Below, one piece after another: positions 38,511-50,400 of a stretch of 54,382 nucleotides of DNA. Each line of letters begins with the position of its first letter. Position 1 is the stretch's first letter. The stretch lies in the IMG/VR virus record IMGVR_UViG_3300022555_001562, one strand, 5' to 3'. The notes beneath the pieces are model-generated. The model did not search any database and was not told the origin of the DNA. It saw nothing but the letters and a program-made list of their open reading frames with translations. The DNA comes from an uncultured virus (IMG/VR IMGVR_UViG_3300022555_001562) (taxonomy: Duplodnaviria > Heunggongvirae > Uroviricota > Caudoviricetes). The position numbers and the translations under genes are program-made.

Positions 38511-39686
38511 ATGGATAATATACTTTCAGATCAAGATAGCATCAGATTTACCGGCAGTGGTTCTAATCCTGCTGGTAACACTCCTTATGGTTTTTACGAC
38601 AACGACGCAATTTTCCTTACGGAATGTTATAGAGGAATGTTATGGGCATCTAGAAAATTGGGTTATCCGATAACCGACATTGAAATGATTGACATTAATT
38701 TCTACGCCTGTTATGAAGAGGCAGTCAATGAATACGGTAAAGAAGTAAATCAATTTAATATTGTTAACAACATGCTCGTGTTTCAAGGTCAAAATCTTGA
38801 AACTTTAGGTAGTGTAAATGGCAGGAACGTTCAAGGAACCGGTCTTAGTCAAATGATTATGTTGGCGAAGGATTATGGTTCGGAAACCGGTGCTGGTGGT
38901 AGAGTAGATTGGAAACGAGGTTATATCCAAGTTAATGCGGGTATACAAGACTACGATCTTCAGGCATTATGGGGAGATGCTAAAGAAAGCTGTAACAAAA
39001 TGGAAATAAAACGTATATTCCATGACCGACCCCCTGCCTCGGCTCGAATTTATGACCCATTTTCGATGACAGGAATGAGTTATAGTAATGTTTTGACTGA
39101 GCTAGGATTTGGGGCATATTCTCCGGCTGTTCAATTTTTAATGACCCCAATTTTCGAAGATTTGCTTCGGATGCAATCGATTGAATTTAACGATATGGTA
39201 CGTAAATCGGCATATAGTTTTGAGATTGTAAATAATAAAGTAAGGGTATTTCCCATTCCGACATATAGCTATAAGATGTGGTTTGAATATATTCTTGAAA
39301 AAGATAGATTAGAGAGTTTATTATCGGCATCTGGGTCGAATGTAGTATCTGATTACTCGAATGTTCCGTATGTTATGCCTATATATTCCAAGATTAATGA
39401 ACCTGGGAGACAATGGATACGCAATTATTTTCTGGCCTGTTGTAAAGAGACTTTAGGACAAATTCGTTCAAAGTATCAGACTATTCCTATTCCGAATGGA
39501 GAAACTACTCTTAACGGTCCGGAGTTGATTCAGGCGGCACAAACTGAGAAAGAATCACTATTAGAGAATTTGAGATTAATGCTTGAGCAATCGGGGAAAT
39601 TTTATCAATTGGAAAAACAATCTGAATTAACCGAACAAATTAATAATACATTAAAGGGAGTTCCTTTGTATATTTACGTGGGATGA
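38511..39686 (+). CDS. Neck protein (T4 gp13-like)
   Basis: RKLGYPITDIEM, WIRNY, LGQIRSKY..IPIPNGETTLNG and PLYIYVG. Confidence 0.8.
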   Translation: MDNILSDQDSIRFTGSGSNPAGNTPYGFYDNDAIFLTECYRGMLWASRKLGYPITDIEMIDINFYACYEEAVNEYGKEVNQFNIVNNMLVFQGQNLETLGSVNGRNVQGTGLSQMIMLAKDYGSETGAGGRVDWKRGYIQVNAGIQDYDLQALWGDAKESCNKMEIKRIFHDRPPASARIYDPFSMTGMSYSNVLTELGFGAYSPAVQFLMTPIFEDLLRMQSIEFNDMVRKSAYSFEIVNNKVRVFPIPTYSYKMWFEYILEKDRLESLLSASGSNVVSDYSNVPYVMPIYSKINEPGRQWIRNYFLACCKETLGQIRSKYQTIPIPNGETTLNGPELIQAAQTEKESLLENLRLMLEQSGKFYQLEKQSELTEQINNTLKGVPLYIYVG

Positions 39687-41185
39687 AAGTTTAACTGATA
39701 TTTTGTACACCCGCAATCCCAGATTCTATCCCATCCGTTATTTTTCATATTTTCCCATTCAGAAAGAGCGGGGTTAAAATTTGGGAGTCTATTGGACAGA
39801 GAGTTCTTTTTAAATCCGTATCGATGATATCTTTTAGAGTGATCTTTAGTATAGAAATAATTGGGATTAGTTTCCAATATTTTTGAAAATCCCATTTTGG
39901 AATATATTTCCCCGGTTCCCCATCTTCTATCGGAATAGGAGATAATTTTTTCAGGGGAATAGTTTTTGATAAAGTAATTTAATAATTTTCCAAATCCACC
40001 TATCACGGAGCGATTTATTTTCGAACAGAATCTGTACATTTCCCAATGATTATTTACGGGAACTGATCCAAGAGATTTTCTTAATTTTCCAAATGTCATT
40101 ACAGATATCAACTCATTTTTATAATACAAACCGAGTTTTATTAAGGATGCATCTGATCCTTGCAGGTGATTTTCATTGAGAAATAAATTAGAGTCTACAC
40201 CGGGCACTATTTTAGTTTCACATTTTCTGGCATATATTTTTACGGGAGATGTTTTGAGTATGGATTGCAATCTACTTTTTACAATTTGTTCTTTGAATCT
40301 CCATTCATCTTCAAATATATGGATAAGCCGGATTCCTTTGGTTTGACATTGCAATGTTTTATCGAGATGATATTTCTTTGAAATTCCTCCAGTTAATTGA
40401 CTATGATAGTATAATCCATCAAATTCTATTCCTAATTTATGAGAAGGAATGTAAATATCTATTTCTTTACCGGACAAAATGGTTCTATCATTTTCCTTTA
40501 CATCTATTACATTTAAAGTGGTTTTAATATAATCTATAATATCTTTTTGGCATTTTGAAATATAGTTTGGAAAACAAATTGGACATCGAGGTATATGTCC
40601 ATCTTGGAGATGATTATGAAACAAACTTTTACATAATTTACATTCGAATTTATATGTTAATTCGACCCCCAAGTATTCTTCTTTTGAAAATAATGGGGTG
40701 ACATTTTTATATCTTACATCGGTAAAAAATCTCTCATAATTCTCTTGTAGAATATTTGACCGAATTTCTTTAGATTGAATTGGATAATCGGTTCCATATT
40801 TTTTACGATTGGTTTCTTTTATTTGTTGTTTGCATTTATCCAATTTTAGATTACAATCTTCCCCATAATGTTTTAAGCAAGTTTCTTTCTTTTTCTCTTT
40901 TATGAGAGGAGATATTGATGGATTTTTTACTCCATAAGTTTTTAAACAACTGGCTTCTTTTTTCTGTTTAACATTGGTGGAATTATTGGAACATTTGCGA
41001 GAGCAATACGATCTAAAACCGGAGAATATATCATTTAAAACGGTAATATTTCCGCATTGGATGCAGTTTCCGACATTGATTATTTCCGGATGAATCCATT
41101 TATACAATTTCTCTTTAAAGGAATTTCCGGAAAAGTTAGTTAGAATGGACGAATAACATTCGGGATAATCTCGGCGAATAATCAT
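39674..41185 (-). CDS. Putative homing endonuclease (Hef-like)
   Basis: KYG repeats, GIEFDGLYYH, IHIFEDEW, YARKC, RIWDCG. Confidence 0.75.
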   Translation of the reverse strand: MIIRRDYPECYSSILTNFSGNSFKEKLYKWIHPEIINVGNCIQCGNITVLNDIFSGFRSYCSRKCSNNSTNVKQKKEASCLKTYGVKNPSISPLIKEKKKETCLKHYGEDCNLKLDKCKQQIKETNRKKYGTDYPIQSKEIRSNILQENYERFFTDVRYKNVTPLFSKEEYLGVELTYKFECKLCKSLFHNHLQDGHIPRCPICFPNYISKCQKDIIDYIKTTLNVIDVKENDRTILSGKEIDIYIPSHKLGIEFDGLYYHSQLTGGISKKYHLDKTLQCQTKGIRLIHIFEDEWRFKEQIVKSRLQSILKTSPVKIYARKCETKIVPGVDSNLFLNENHLQGSDASLIKLGLYYKNELISVMTFGKLRKSLGSVPVNNHWEMYRFCSKINRSVIGGFGKLLNYFIKNYSPEKIISYSDRRWGTGEIYSKMGFSKILETNPNYFYTKDHSKRYHRYGFKKNSLSNRLPNFNPALSEWENMKNNGWDRIWDCGCTKYQLNFHPT

Positions 41186-41361
41186 TTCATAGTGAAATCT
41201 ATGTGAATTAATGATATTGATTGCTAATTCGGATGTTAATTTCGATATAATAACGTTCCATTCTTTTTTCTACCGATGTTACTATTATGTATCACGATGG
41301 GAGAAAAACACAAGTTATTTTATTGTTGAGTACTTTGATAACTCAGTGATATTTATAAGAT

Positions 41362-41832
41362 ATGACATTTGGGCGATATTATTCTGATCGAGACCGTAGA
41401 TTCATCAATTCAGTTAACCGTGAGTTGATTGGGGACATTATACAATGTTTAGTAGACATTCACAAGTTATGTCCGGATCAGAGTAAGATAAATATGTATG
41501 GGGAGTCTGCGGTGACGGAGGGAGGGAAAGTATTTTTTCCAGGGGTATCAGTGACTACATTAGTGGACAAGAGGGATATAGAGACGACGGCGGATGAATT
41601 TGGGACGGATAGGAAGCAAATTATTCAATTTCGGTTTCGAGAACTTACATTAAAAGATTTTAATTTATTTCCAGAAGTGGGTGATATTATCATATATAAT
41701 GATAGATTACATGAAGTGGATGGAGTTATTCAAGATCAATTTTTAGGATCTATACCGGACAAATCATTTTCTATTGTGTGTGATACCCATTATAGCAGAT
41801 TAAGTAAAGCGGGCATGTTTATTAGAAGTTAA
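41362..41832 (+). CDS. Head completion/neck protein (gp14-like)
   Basis: NMYGES and FPEVGDII motifs; position after the neck gene. Confidence 0.6.
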   Translation: MTFGRYYSDRDRRFINSVNRELIGDIIQCLVDIHKLCPDQSKINMYGESAVTEGGKVFFPGVSVTTLVDKRDIETTADEFGTDRKQIIQFRFRELTLKDFNLFPEVGDIIIYNDRLHEVDGVIQDQFLGSIPDKSFSIVCDTHYSRLSKAGMFIRS

Positions 41833-41852
41833 CAGAAAGAAAATATAAAAAA

Positions 41853-43016
41853 ATGGCTTCATGGCAAGGCAATCCGAAAAATCCAACACCCAATCCGGTG
41901 CAAGAAGATATTTCACGTTCTGAAAAGAGGGTGGATGAGAATCGTTCATTTCCCGTGAGGAGAGACACGGATAAACAGAAAAACAATGTAATTACGTTAA
42001 TGGATGTAGACAGGGTAATATTCGATCATTTGGAACGTATGCAGATAACGGTGGTAGATGAAGGGAATATAATTAAAGTTCCTATATTTTATGGATCACC
42101 GGAAAAATGGGTGGCGGCTAGACGGGATGGATGTATTCGTGATCGTCAAGGGAAAATCCAGCTTCCCGCTCTTATTTTCCGAAGAACGAATTTGGAAAAC
42201 GATGATAATATGGAAATGTTTAATCGATATATTAAATATCCAGTTATTCAGAAACATTCGATAAAAAATCAATATACCCAATTTTCAATTCTTACGCAGG
42301 GTAATGCTCCAGTAAATGAAGTGTTTAATATAACGATGGCAGATCATATGATATTCACGTATTCGTTTATTGTATGGACAGAATATCATGAGCAAATGAA
42401 TCCCATTATTGAGAAGATTAAATTTAATACTAAAGATTATTGGGGGACCACTGGAGGGTTTAGGTTTCGTACTAGAGCCGAGGCATTTTCCCACACCATT
42501 GAATTGAATTCGGACGAGGATAGACTTGTTAGAACCGAGTTTAACTTGATTACTAATGGATATATTCTTCCGGAAAGCTATCAACTTCTGGATCGGCAAT
42601 ATCCTACGACTGATAAATTTTTTACTCCAAAGAAAATTATTATAGGGACGGAGACAGTAGCGGATGATTATGATATGTCACAGTTAAATAATAATGCCGA
42701 TAAATGGAAAAGTAAACTATATCCAAATATTAATATGGGAGAAGAACCAAAAGGACCGGGAATTACCTGGGAAGATGCCGGAAATGCGACTTCTCTGCCA
42801 ATTTCGGCAGTTAATGTTCTAAGGTCTTTACAGGTAGTAAATACGATCGCTGGATATGAATTTGCATCTACTACATCATCTAATGTTATGTGGCAAAAAG
42901 CTCCAAGTTTTCCAGATTCACCAGGAACTGATGGATGGATGGCGCATGATGCCAGTTATTTATATATTTATACTGGCGGAAGTTGGAAACGAGTTCCTAT
43001 AAATCAATTTTCATAA
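41853..43016 (+). CDS. Tail terminator/sheath stabiliser (gp15-like)
   Basis: KVPIFYGSPEKW, IQLPAL and EQMNPIIE motifs. Confidence 0.7.
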   Translation: MASWQGNPKNPTPNPVQEDISRSEKRVDENRSFPVRRDTDKQKNNVITLMDVDRVIFDHLERMQITVVDEGNIIKVPIFYGSPEKWVAARRDGCIRDRQGKIQLPALIFRRTNLENDDNMEMFNRYIKYPVIQKHSIKNQYTQFSILTQGNAPVNEVFNITMADHMIFTYSFIVWTEYHEQMNPIIEKIKFNTKDYWGTTGGFRFRTRAEAFSHTIELNSDEDRLVRTEFNLITNGYILPESYQLLDRQYPTTDKFFTPKKIIIGTETVADDYDMSQLNNNADKWKSKLYPNINMGEEPKGPGITWEDAGNATSLPISAVNVLRSLQVVNTIAGYEFASTTSSNVMWQKAPSFPDSPGTDGWMAHDASYLYIYTGGSWKRVPINQFS

Positions 43017-43019
43017 AAT

Positions 43020-43616
43020 ATGGTTAATCCATACGAGATAGTTTACAGTAAACGGAATGCGAGCGGGACAGGATTTGACGAAAAAATACTTGTTCCCGCA
43101 GCGGACACACTTGTCATCGTTAATCATTGCGGAGATTTAGCAACTTCAATAGAAACAACCGCTTCGCTTAACATTACTGCATCTCAAGCTATAACTGCTT
43201 CGTATGCATTAATTGCATCTCAAGCTATAACTGCTTCGTATGCATTAATTACATCTCAAGTATTAACTGCTTCGTATGCGATAACATCTAGTACGGTTAA
43301 TAATTTTCCATTTGACACGGTATCAGCGATATTAAATATAACAGAATCGGCGGTAATGTTTTTTCAAAAATCCACTGGATCATTCAATGCGGTATTTTTT
43401 GATTATTATACTAAGAGTGGGAGCAATCAAAGAGCGGGGGTAATGTTTGGAACATGGGCGGATGTTTTATCATATACGGAGCAGACTACAATGGACATTG
43501 GGAATACAAGTGATATTGCGATATCAATGACGCTTAGTATGAGTAGTATTCAGTTTTTAGCGGTGGCACAAACTACAGAAAACTGGAACATTAAAGGTTT
43601 CATTAGATACTTATAA
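43020..43616 (+). CDS. Virion structural protein with TASYA repeats
   Basis: 36-bp tandem repeat; C-terminal domain similar to that of 43703. Confidence 0.6.
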   Translation: MVNPYEIVYSKRNASGTGFDEKILVPAADTLVIVNHCGDLATSIETTASLNITASQAITASYALIASQAITASYALITSQVLTASYAITSSTVNNFPFDTVSAILNITESAVMFFQKSTGSFNAVFFDYYTKSGSNQRAGVMFGTWADVLSYTEQTTMDIGNTSDIAISMTLSMSSIQFLAVAQTTENWNIKGFIRYL

Positions 43617-43702
43617 TAAGAGAATAATATTTATGGCTTATTTACTAAACATCATAAAAAGCCAGTCCAATGCTGGAAGAATTTGAGAAAGGTAATTTTT
43701 AA

Positions 43703-44278
43703 ATGAACGAACTAAAAGTAAAAAATGGGTTAATTGTAGAAGGTCCGGAGAGGATAACAGGATCGTTATATGTCTCTCAAGGAATAACATCCTCATTTGG
43801 TCTTTGTGGTACTGCTTCATGGGCGACTAACGCTGTAGATGCACTTTCCGCAACTTCCGCATCATTTGCTTCCAGTTCATTGACCGCTTCATATTTAATG
43901 AACGGCACGCATGATATAACTGCCAGTTGGGCAATTAACGCATCGACTGCTAGTTCCTTGATTGGGTTATCATTTGATACGACTTCCTCGATAAGTACAG
44001 CTCCTTCTAATATAATATCTCAACGAGATACTGGTTCCTTTATATCTGTAAATTATCAATATGCTGCTCACAGCAGTAGTAATATGAGAGTTGGAAATAT
44101 TTTTGGTGGATGGCTTCCAAACGGTTCAGAAGTCACGTATGCGGAGTTTGTTACCACGGATTTGGGAAATACCAGTGAAATGAGCATGTCAATAGCATTG
44201 ACAGATTCTTATGTTCAATTGATATCCAATGCACCATCATTATCTTGGGCGATTAAAACATTAGCAACTTATTTGTAA
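43703..44278 (+). CDS. Virion structural protein (fibre-associated)
   Basis: N-terminus resembles 44439 (NELKVKNGL vs HEFVAKRGL); ASWA repeats. Confidence 0.6.
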   Translation: MNELKVKNGLIVEGPERITGSLYVSQGITSSFGLCGTASWATNAVDALSATSASFASSSLTASYLMNGTHDITASWAINASTASSLIGLSFDTTSSISTAPSNIISQRDTGSFISVNYQYAAHSSSNMRVGNIFGGWLPNGSEVTYAEFVTTDLGNTSEMSMSIALTDSYVQLISNAPSLSWAIKTLATYL

Positions 44279-44438
44279 TATAAAAGTTACAAATACAATT
44301 AAATATAATTCCGGAAAATGAAAGAATTATGCCAACAATCAAATTACGAAGTAATATTACGGGGCTATGTACCTTATATAGCAAAAATGAATTTGTAAAT
44401 ACATCACTTAAAAACATCACTGTTAGTGGGAGGTATCT

Positions 44439-47400
44439 ATGAGCCACGAATTTGTAGCAAAACGTGGATTAATTTCCCGAGGTGATGTACAAGTTACTGG
44501 TTCGTTAACCGCCACCGGCGTTATTTTCGGACATCATACTGGTTCTACTTTTGGAACGGCTTCTTGGGCAACTAATTCTTTAACCACGTCTTATGCAGAC
44601 TCATTAACTGTTAACAATGATTTAACAGTTGGCGGCATATTACGAGCCGGACAAATTAGTAGTAGTTTTATATATATCACCTCAAGTTATATTGTAGTAA
44701 CTGATAACATACTTACATTAAATGCACAAACTCCTCATGTAAGATACGCCGGGATTGAAGTATGGGATTCGGGTTCTACCGATCAAATGGCGAGTGTTTT
44801 ATGGGATGGCGAGAATAATTACTTCTTTATTTCATCCAGCGATGCGGGATATAGTAAAAAGATTATATTGGGACCGAGTGGTGAAGTAGATTTAACCGTC
44901 GGTAAAATACCTGTAGTAACTACAGGCGATAGTATTGGTGATAGTATAATACAACAAATTGGATCGGAAATCAATATTACGGGCAATTTAGTAGCTACGT
45001 CGGTAACTGCATCATTGATGGGGACGGCATCAAATGCTATTAGTGCGTCCTATGTTCCTAATTTATATCCACAAATTATACAAACCACCGTTGATTCTGC
45101 ATCGTGGGTGAGTGCTTCGGTATTTATCACTACTGCACAAACCGCTTCTTATATCACTTCCAGTAATATTTTTGGTAAGGTAACCGCCTTTAGTTCTTCA
45201 TGGGCAAGTGCTTCGGTTAGTGCATCCTATGTTCCGAATTTATATCCACAAACATATCAAGAATCTGGTTCATGGGCATCTTCATCGATTAGTGCCAGTT
45301 ATTTATTTGGACCTCATACTGGTTCGACATTTGGAACTGCAAGTTGGGCATTATCATCTTCGACTGCGATCAGTGCATCTTATTCGCCAGTAGAACCCGA
45401 TTATAGTTCATCGGTATCGTTACAAATAGATACTAAACAGAACAACATTGTTACCGGTTCAACCTTACCGATAACTGCAAGCTGGGCTAACTATATTTCT
45501 TCCAGCAATATAATTGGTAATGTTACCGCATTTTCTGCTTCGTGGGCGAGTGCTTCAATTAGTGCTTCCTACGTTCCTAATTTATATCCGCAGACGTATC
45601 AGGAGTCGGGGTCATGGGCCAGTGCTTCATTAAGTGCAAGTTATTCTCCGGTTCAACCGAGTTACAGTGCAAGTATTTCCGATCAATTTGCGACTAAACA
45701 AGATACATTAGTAATTGGCAATACTTATTCAATAACAAGTAGTTGGGCAAACGATGCTATTACGGCATCATATATTTCTTCCAGTAATATTTTTGGTAGT
45801 ATTACCGCATTAAGTTCTTCGTGGGCATCTTCCAGTATTTCATCATCTTACGTTCCCAATTTATATCCACAGGTTATACAAACCACCGTTGATTCTGCAT
45901 CATGGGTAAGTGCTTCGGTATTTATTACAACGGCACAGACTGCTTCGTATGTATCTTCCAGCAATGTTATAGGAATAATAACCGCATTTTCTTCCTCTTG
46001 GGCGAGTGCGTCGATCAGTGCTTCCTATGTTCCTAATTTATATCCTCAGACATATCAAGAGTCTGGTTCATGGGCATCATCCAGTATTTCGTCATCGTAT
46101 GCTACATCAGCATCTTACGTTCCCAATTTATATCCACAAGTTACACAAACAACAGTTGATTCGGCGTCATGGGTAAGTGCGTCGGTATTTATTACTACTG
46201 CACAAACCGCTTCTTATATTACGGCCAGTAATATATTTGGAACGGTAACGAGTTCATCGTATGCTTTAAGTGCGTCTTGGTCACCGCAACCGGCAATACC
46301 GACATCAGTTCCTTCCTCTTCATGGGCATCATCCAGTATTTCGGCGTCATATGCATTAACAGCGAGTTTTGCTTTAAATGCATCAGCACTTACATCGGCA
46401 AGTTGGGCAAGTAGTTCTTTAAGTGCATCATATCTTAATGCGGGGGCGAATATATATCTTTCGCAATCATATATTTTTGCTAATACCAATTCAATTGTAC
46501 CGTCATTTAAACCGGGACAATTATGGTATGATTCATTAACTCATACGTATGCGATTGATACTGATAAAACGGATGTTCGTCTTCAGATAGGACAGGAAAA
46601 TTATGTTAGAATTGTGGCGGGAGAATTAATTGCGAATGGAAACGCTGTTTATATTAGCGGGTCGAATATAAACAAACTTCCGATTGCATACCTTGCGATT
46701 GCAGATGGAACGGGATTGAAAAATCTAGTAGTTGGTTTATCAACTCAACCACTAACAATAGGAGAAGAAGGGTTTGCCACTACAGTAGGAGTTGTTAATA
46801 ATATTAACACATCTACCCTAATTGACGGCGATGTATTGTATTTATCTGACGTTACTTCTGGTTCCTTTACAAATATTATACCATTATTTCCTGCTGAAAA
46901 AGTAATTGTTGGAACGGTTTTATATTCTGGAATATCCGGAAAGATTTTAGTAGATTTGAGTCAACACACTCCTCGGGAAGATTTCAGTGTTGGGGTAATA
47001 GATATTCCTACGTTATCTAATATTGGCAGTACGATTTATATTGGGGCATCTAAAGTTAATTTCTGTATTAATTTATCCGGAAAAGGTATTATACGTTCAT
47101 TTACAGTTCCCTCCGCATCATTTACGATTACAACGGCGTTTTTGGATGTTCAATATATTCTTGCGAATTATAATAATGGCAATCCGATTTATCAGATTGC
47201 GACGGATATGTCAACGGTAGATAACATTCAAACTGTTCCGGTAGCCACATTTACATTGGGGTCGGGTGGAAATTTTTCTTATGTAGATTGGGACTCTTCC
47301 GGATTATTATTAAGCAACAAACTTGAACGTCGTATTATTGATATTTATGGTGCTCAACGAGCAAGTGGATTAGAAATAGGAACCAGCGGTTCTCATATTA

Positions 47401-50400
47401 CTATTACATCCGGAACGGGATATCTTGGAGTTAAGCAATTAACATTTACTAGTTCAAGTACTGCCAATACAAATCAATTTGCATTAGTAGCACATTCCGC
47501 ATCGATTTGGTCGGGATCTTTTATTAATGGGTATGTAACTACTCATTATGATGATGGCATCAATTTACGAACTCTTGGATCGGGTAAATATGTTGTAAAT
47601 TATGTTTATCGTGGAATTGGATCACTCAATCGATCTCAGGTATTGTTGAGCCCGCAATATGTCAATTACGGGGATGCGGTCAAGGCAATAATGCCTATTC
47701 CACCGGCTGAATTATCGAGCATTTCTATTTTTTGTGGACGCATAATAACACAAGAAGGAGATGGGGCATTATTGGTTGAGAGTGCATTTACAACTATTCT
47801 TTCGGTGGCGGGTATTACTGATCACAATTTATTAAATAATATACAAGGTGGAACACCGGGTCAATATTATCATTTATCATCGGCAAGTTACGCTCAGATG
47901 ATAAATGGGACTGCAAGTTATGCATATACTGCTAGTTATATATCTTCCAGTAATATATTCGGGAATATAACTGCATTTAGTGCTTCGTGGGCATCGGCTA
48001 GTATTTCGGCATCTTATGTTCCTAATTTATATCCACAGACATATCAAGTGTCTGGTTCGTGGGCATCATCATCGATTAGTTCGAGTTATTTATTTGGTTC
48101 ACATACCGGCTCTACTTTTGGTACGGCGAGTTATGCATATACTGCTAGTTATATATCTTCAAGTAATATATTTGGTAATGTAACCGCATTCAGTGCTTCG
48201 TGGGCATCGGCCAGTATTTCGGCGTCATATGTTCCTAATTTATATCCGCAAACTTTTCAAGCATCGGGGAGTTGGGCAAGCAGCTCTTTAAGTGCAAGTT
48301 GGGCACAATCTGCATCAATTGCATCAACAGCTAGTTATGTATCTTTCAGCAATATTTTTGGTAATGTAACTGCATTTTCCGCATCATGGGCATCGGCTAG
48401 TATTTCTTCATCGTATACTTTAAAATCATATTGGAATGATATTACTAAAGAGCCATCTGGATTTCCAAACCGGACAGATTCCACTCTTAGTTATGACAGT
48501 GCTTCGGTTAAATTAATGATATCGGGATCGAACTGGAAGGTTTATTGTAATGGCAATGAATTTATTAAAAATAATGAATCCATTGTTATTTCTACACCGA
48601 CCAAAGGACAGTTATATTATATTTATTATGATACGAATGGGGTATTACAACAAGCAGTAAGTGAATGGAGTTTTGTATCTGGAATTGCTTCCGTTTGCAC
48701 GGTATATATTGGGGCAGGGGCGGGTAATGGATTTGTTTCGGATGAACGGCATGGGGTTTTAATGGACGGGATGACCCATGAATATTTGCATGAGACAATG
48801 GGGCCGAGGTATGCTTCTGGATTTGCGTGGACGACAACGACAGCTTCGCTTGGAAAATATGCAATATCAGCGGGGGAATGGTATGATGATGATCTTGAAT
48901 TTAAGACTACCACTATTTTAAGTAGCAGTTTGATGGCATATTATTCGGGAGCGATGGTAGTATCTACAACGGAGACGAGTTCGATGTATGGGGGAGGAAC
49001 TGAAAAATATAATAACACTACATTAGGTACATTGGTAAATATTACGGGGGGTAATGCTGGGTGTTTCTTCATATATGCTATTAATGGGATTAGCAACAAT
49101 TTAGTATCGATATATGGGCAGAGGATTGACACTAGTGTTGCGAATGCTCGGACGAACAATACACCGGACACTTTAATATTTGGTAATTTCCCATTTCGGG
49201 AGGCGAAGTTATTATATCGTGTAATTGTGACGACGGCGGGTATTTCCGAGACCACGGATTACCGAACCGCACAATATGCTGGGTCTACATTTACACCTAC
49301 GTCACATGGATCGTTGACTGGGTTAAGTAATGATGATCATCCGCAATATCTTTTATTAGCGGGTAGAGATGGGCAAGCGGCGGCTACGTTTACGGGATCT
49401 ATAGTTGGCAGTTCTTCATATGCGACGAGTGCTTCGTATGTTCCGAATTTATATCCACAGACATATCAAGTATCGGGGAGTTGGGCAAGTAGTTCTTTAA
49501 GTGCGAGTTATATATCTTCCAGCAATATTTTTGGTAATGTAACTGCTTTCTCTGCTTCGTGGGCATCTTCTTCAATTAGTGCATCCTATGCTCCGGTTCA
49601 ACCATCATACAGTGCGAGTATTTCTACACAATTCGGAACTAAACAAGATACCCTTGTAACTGGTAATACTTATTTTATTACATCCAGTTGGTCGATAAGT
49701 TCAAGTTATGCACCAAATCTTTATCCACAAACTTATCAGATAAGTGGAAGTTGGGCATCTGCTTCAATAAGTGCATCCTATGCAACGATGGCTGGAACAG
49801 CGAATGCGATTTCCTTTGTTCCTCTAACATCGACTAGTGCCTCTTGGGTATCTGCTTCCGTTTTTATTACAACCGCACAGACTGCATCTTATATTACATC
49901 TAGTAATATTGTAGGAATAATAACTGCTATCAGTGCAAGTTGGTCAAGTGCCTCAATTAGTGCATCATATGCACCGGTTCAACCAAGTTATTCTTCCAGT
50001 GTATCCACTCAATTTGGAACCAAACAGGATACTCTTGTAACTGGAACCACTTATTTCATTACATCAAGTTGGTCACTTAATTCAATAACTACATCTTATA
50101 TTACGTCGAGTAATATTGTGGGAATAATAACTGCATTTAGTTCTTCTTGGGCTAGTTCTTCAATCAGTGCTAGTTACGTTCCCAATTTATATCCTCAGAC
50201 AGAACAAACATCCGCTTCGTGGGCTTCTAGTTCGATTAGTGCAAGTTATTTATTTGGACCGCATACGGGATCGACTTTTGGAACTTCAAGTTGGTCACTT
50301 AATTCAATAACTACTAGTTATATTACTTCCAGTAATATTGTGGGAATAATAACTGCATTTTCTGCCTCTTGGGCATCTTCTTCATTGAGTGCTTCATATG

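Noticed and set aside
43178..43280. 36-bp periodic repeat as CRISPR
   Set aside because: Head-to-tail units with no spacers, in frame within a CDS (ASQAITASYALI).
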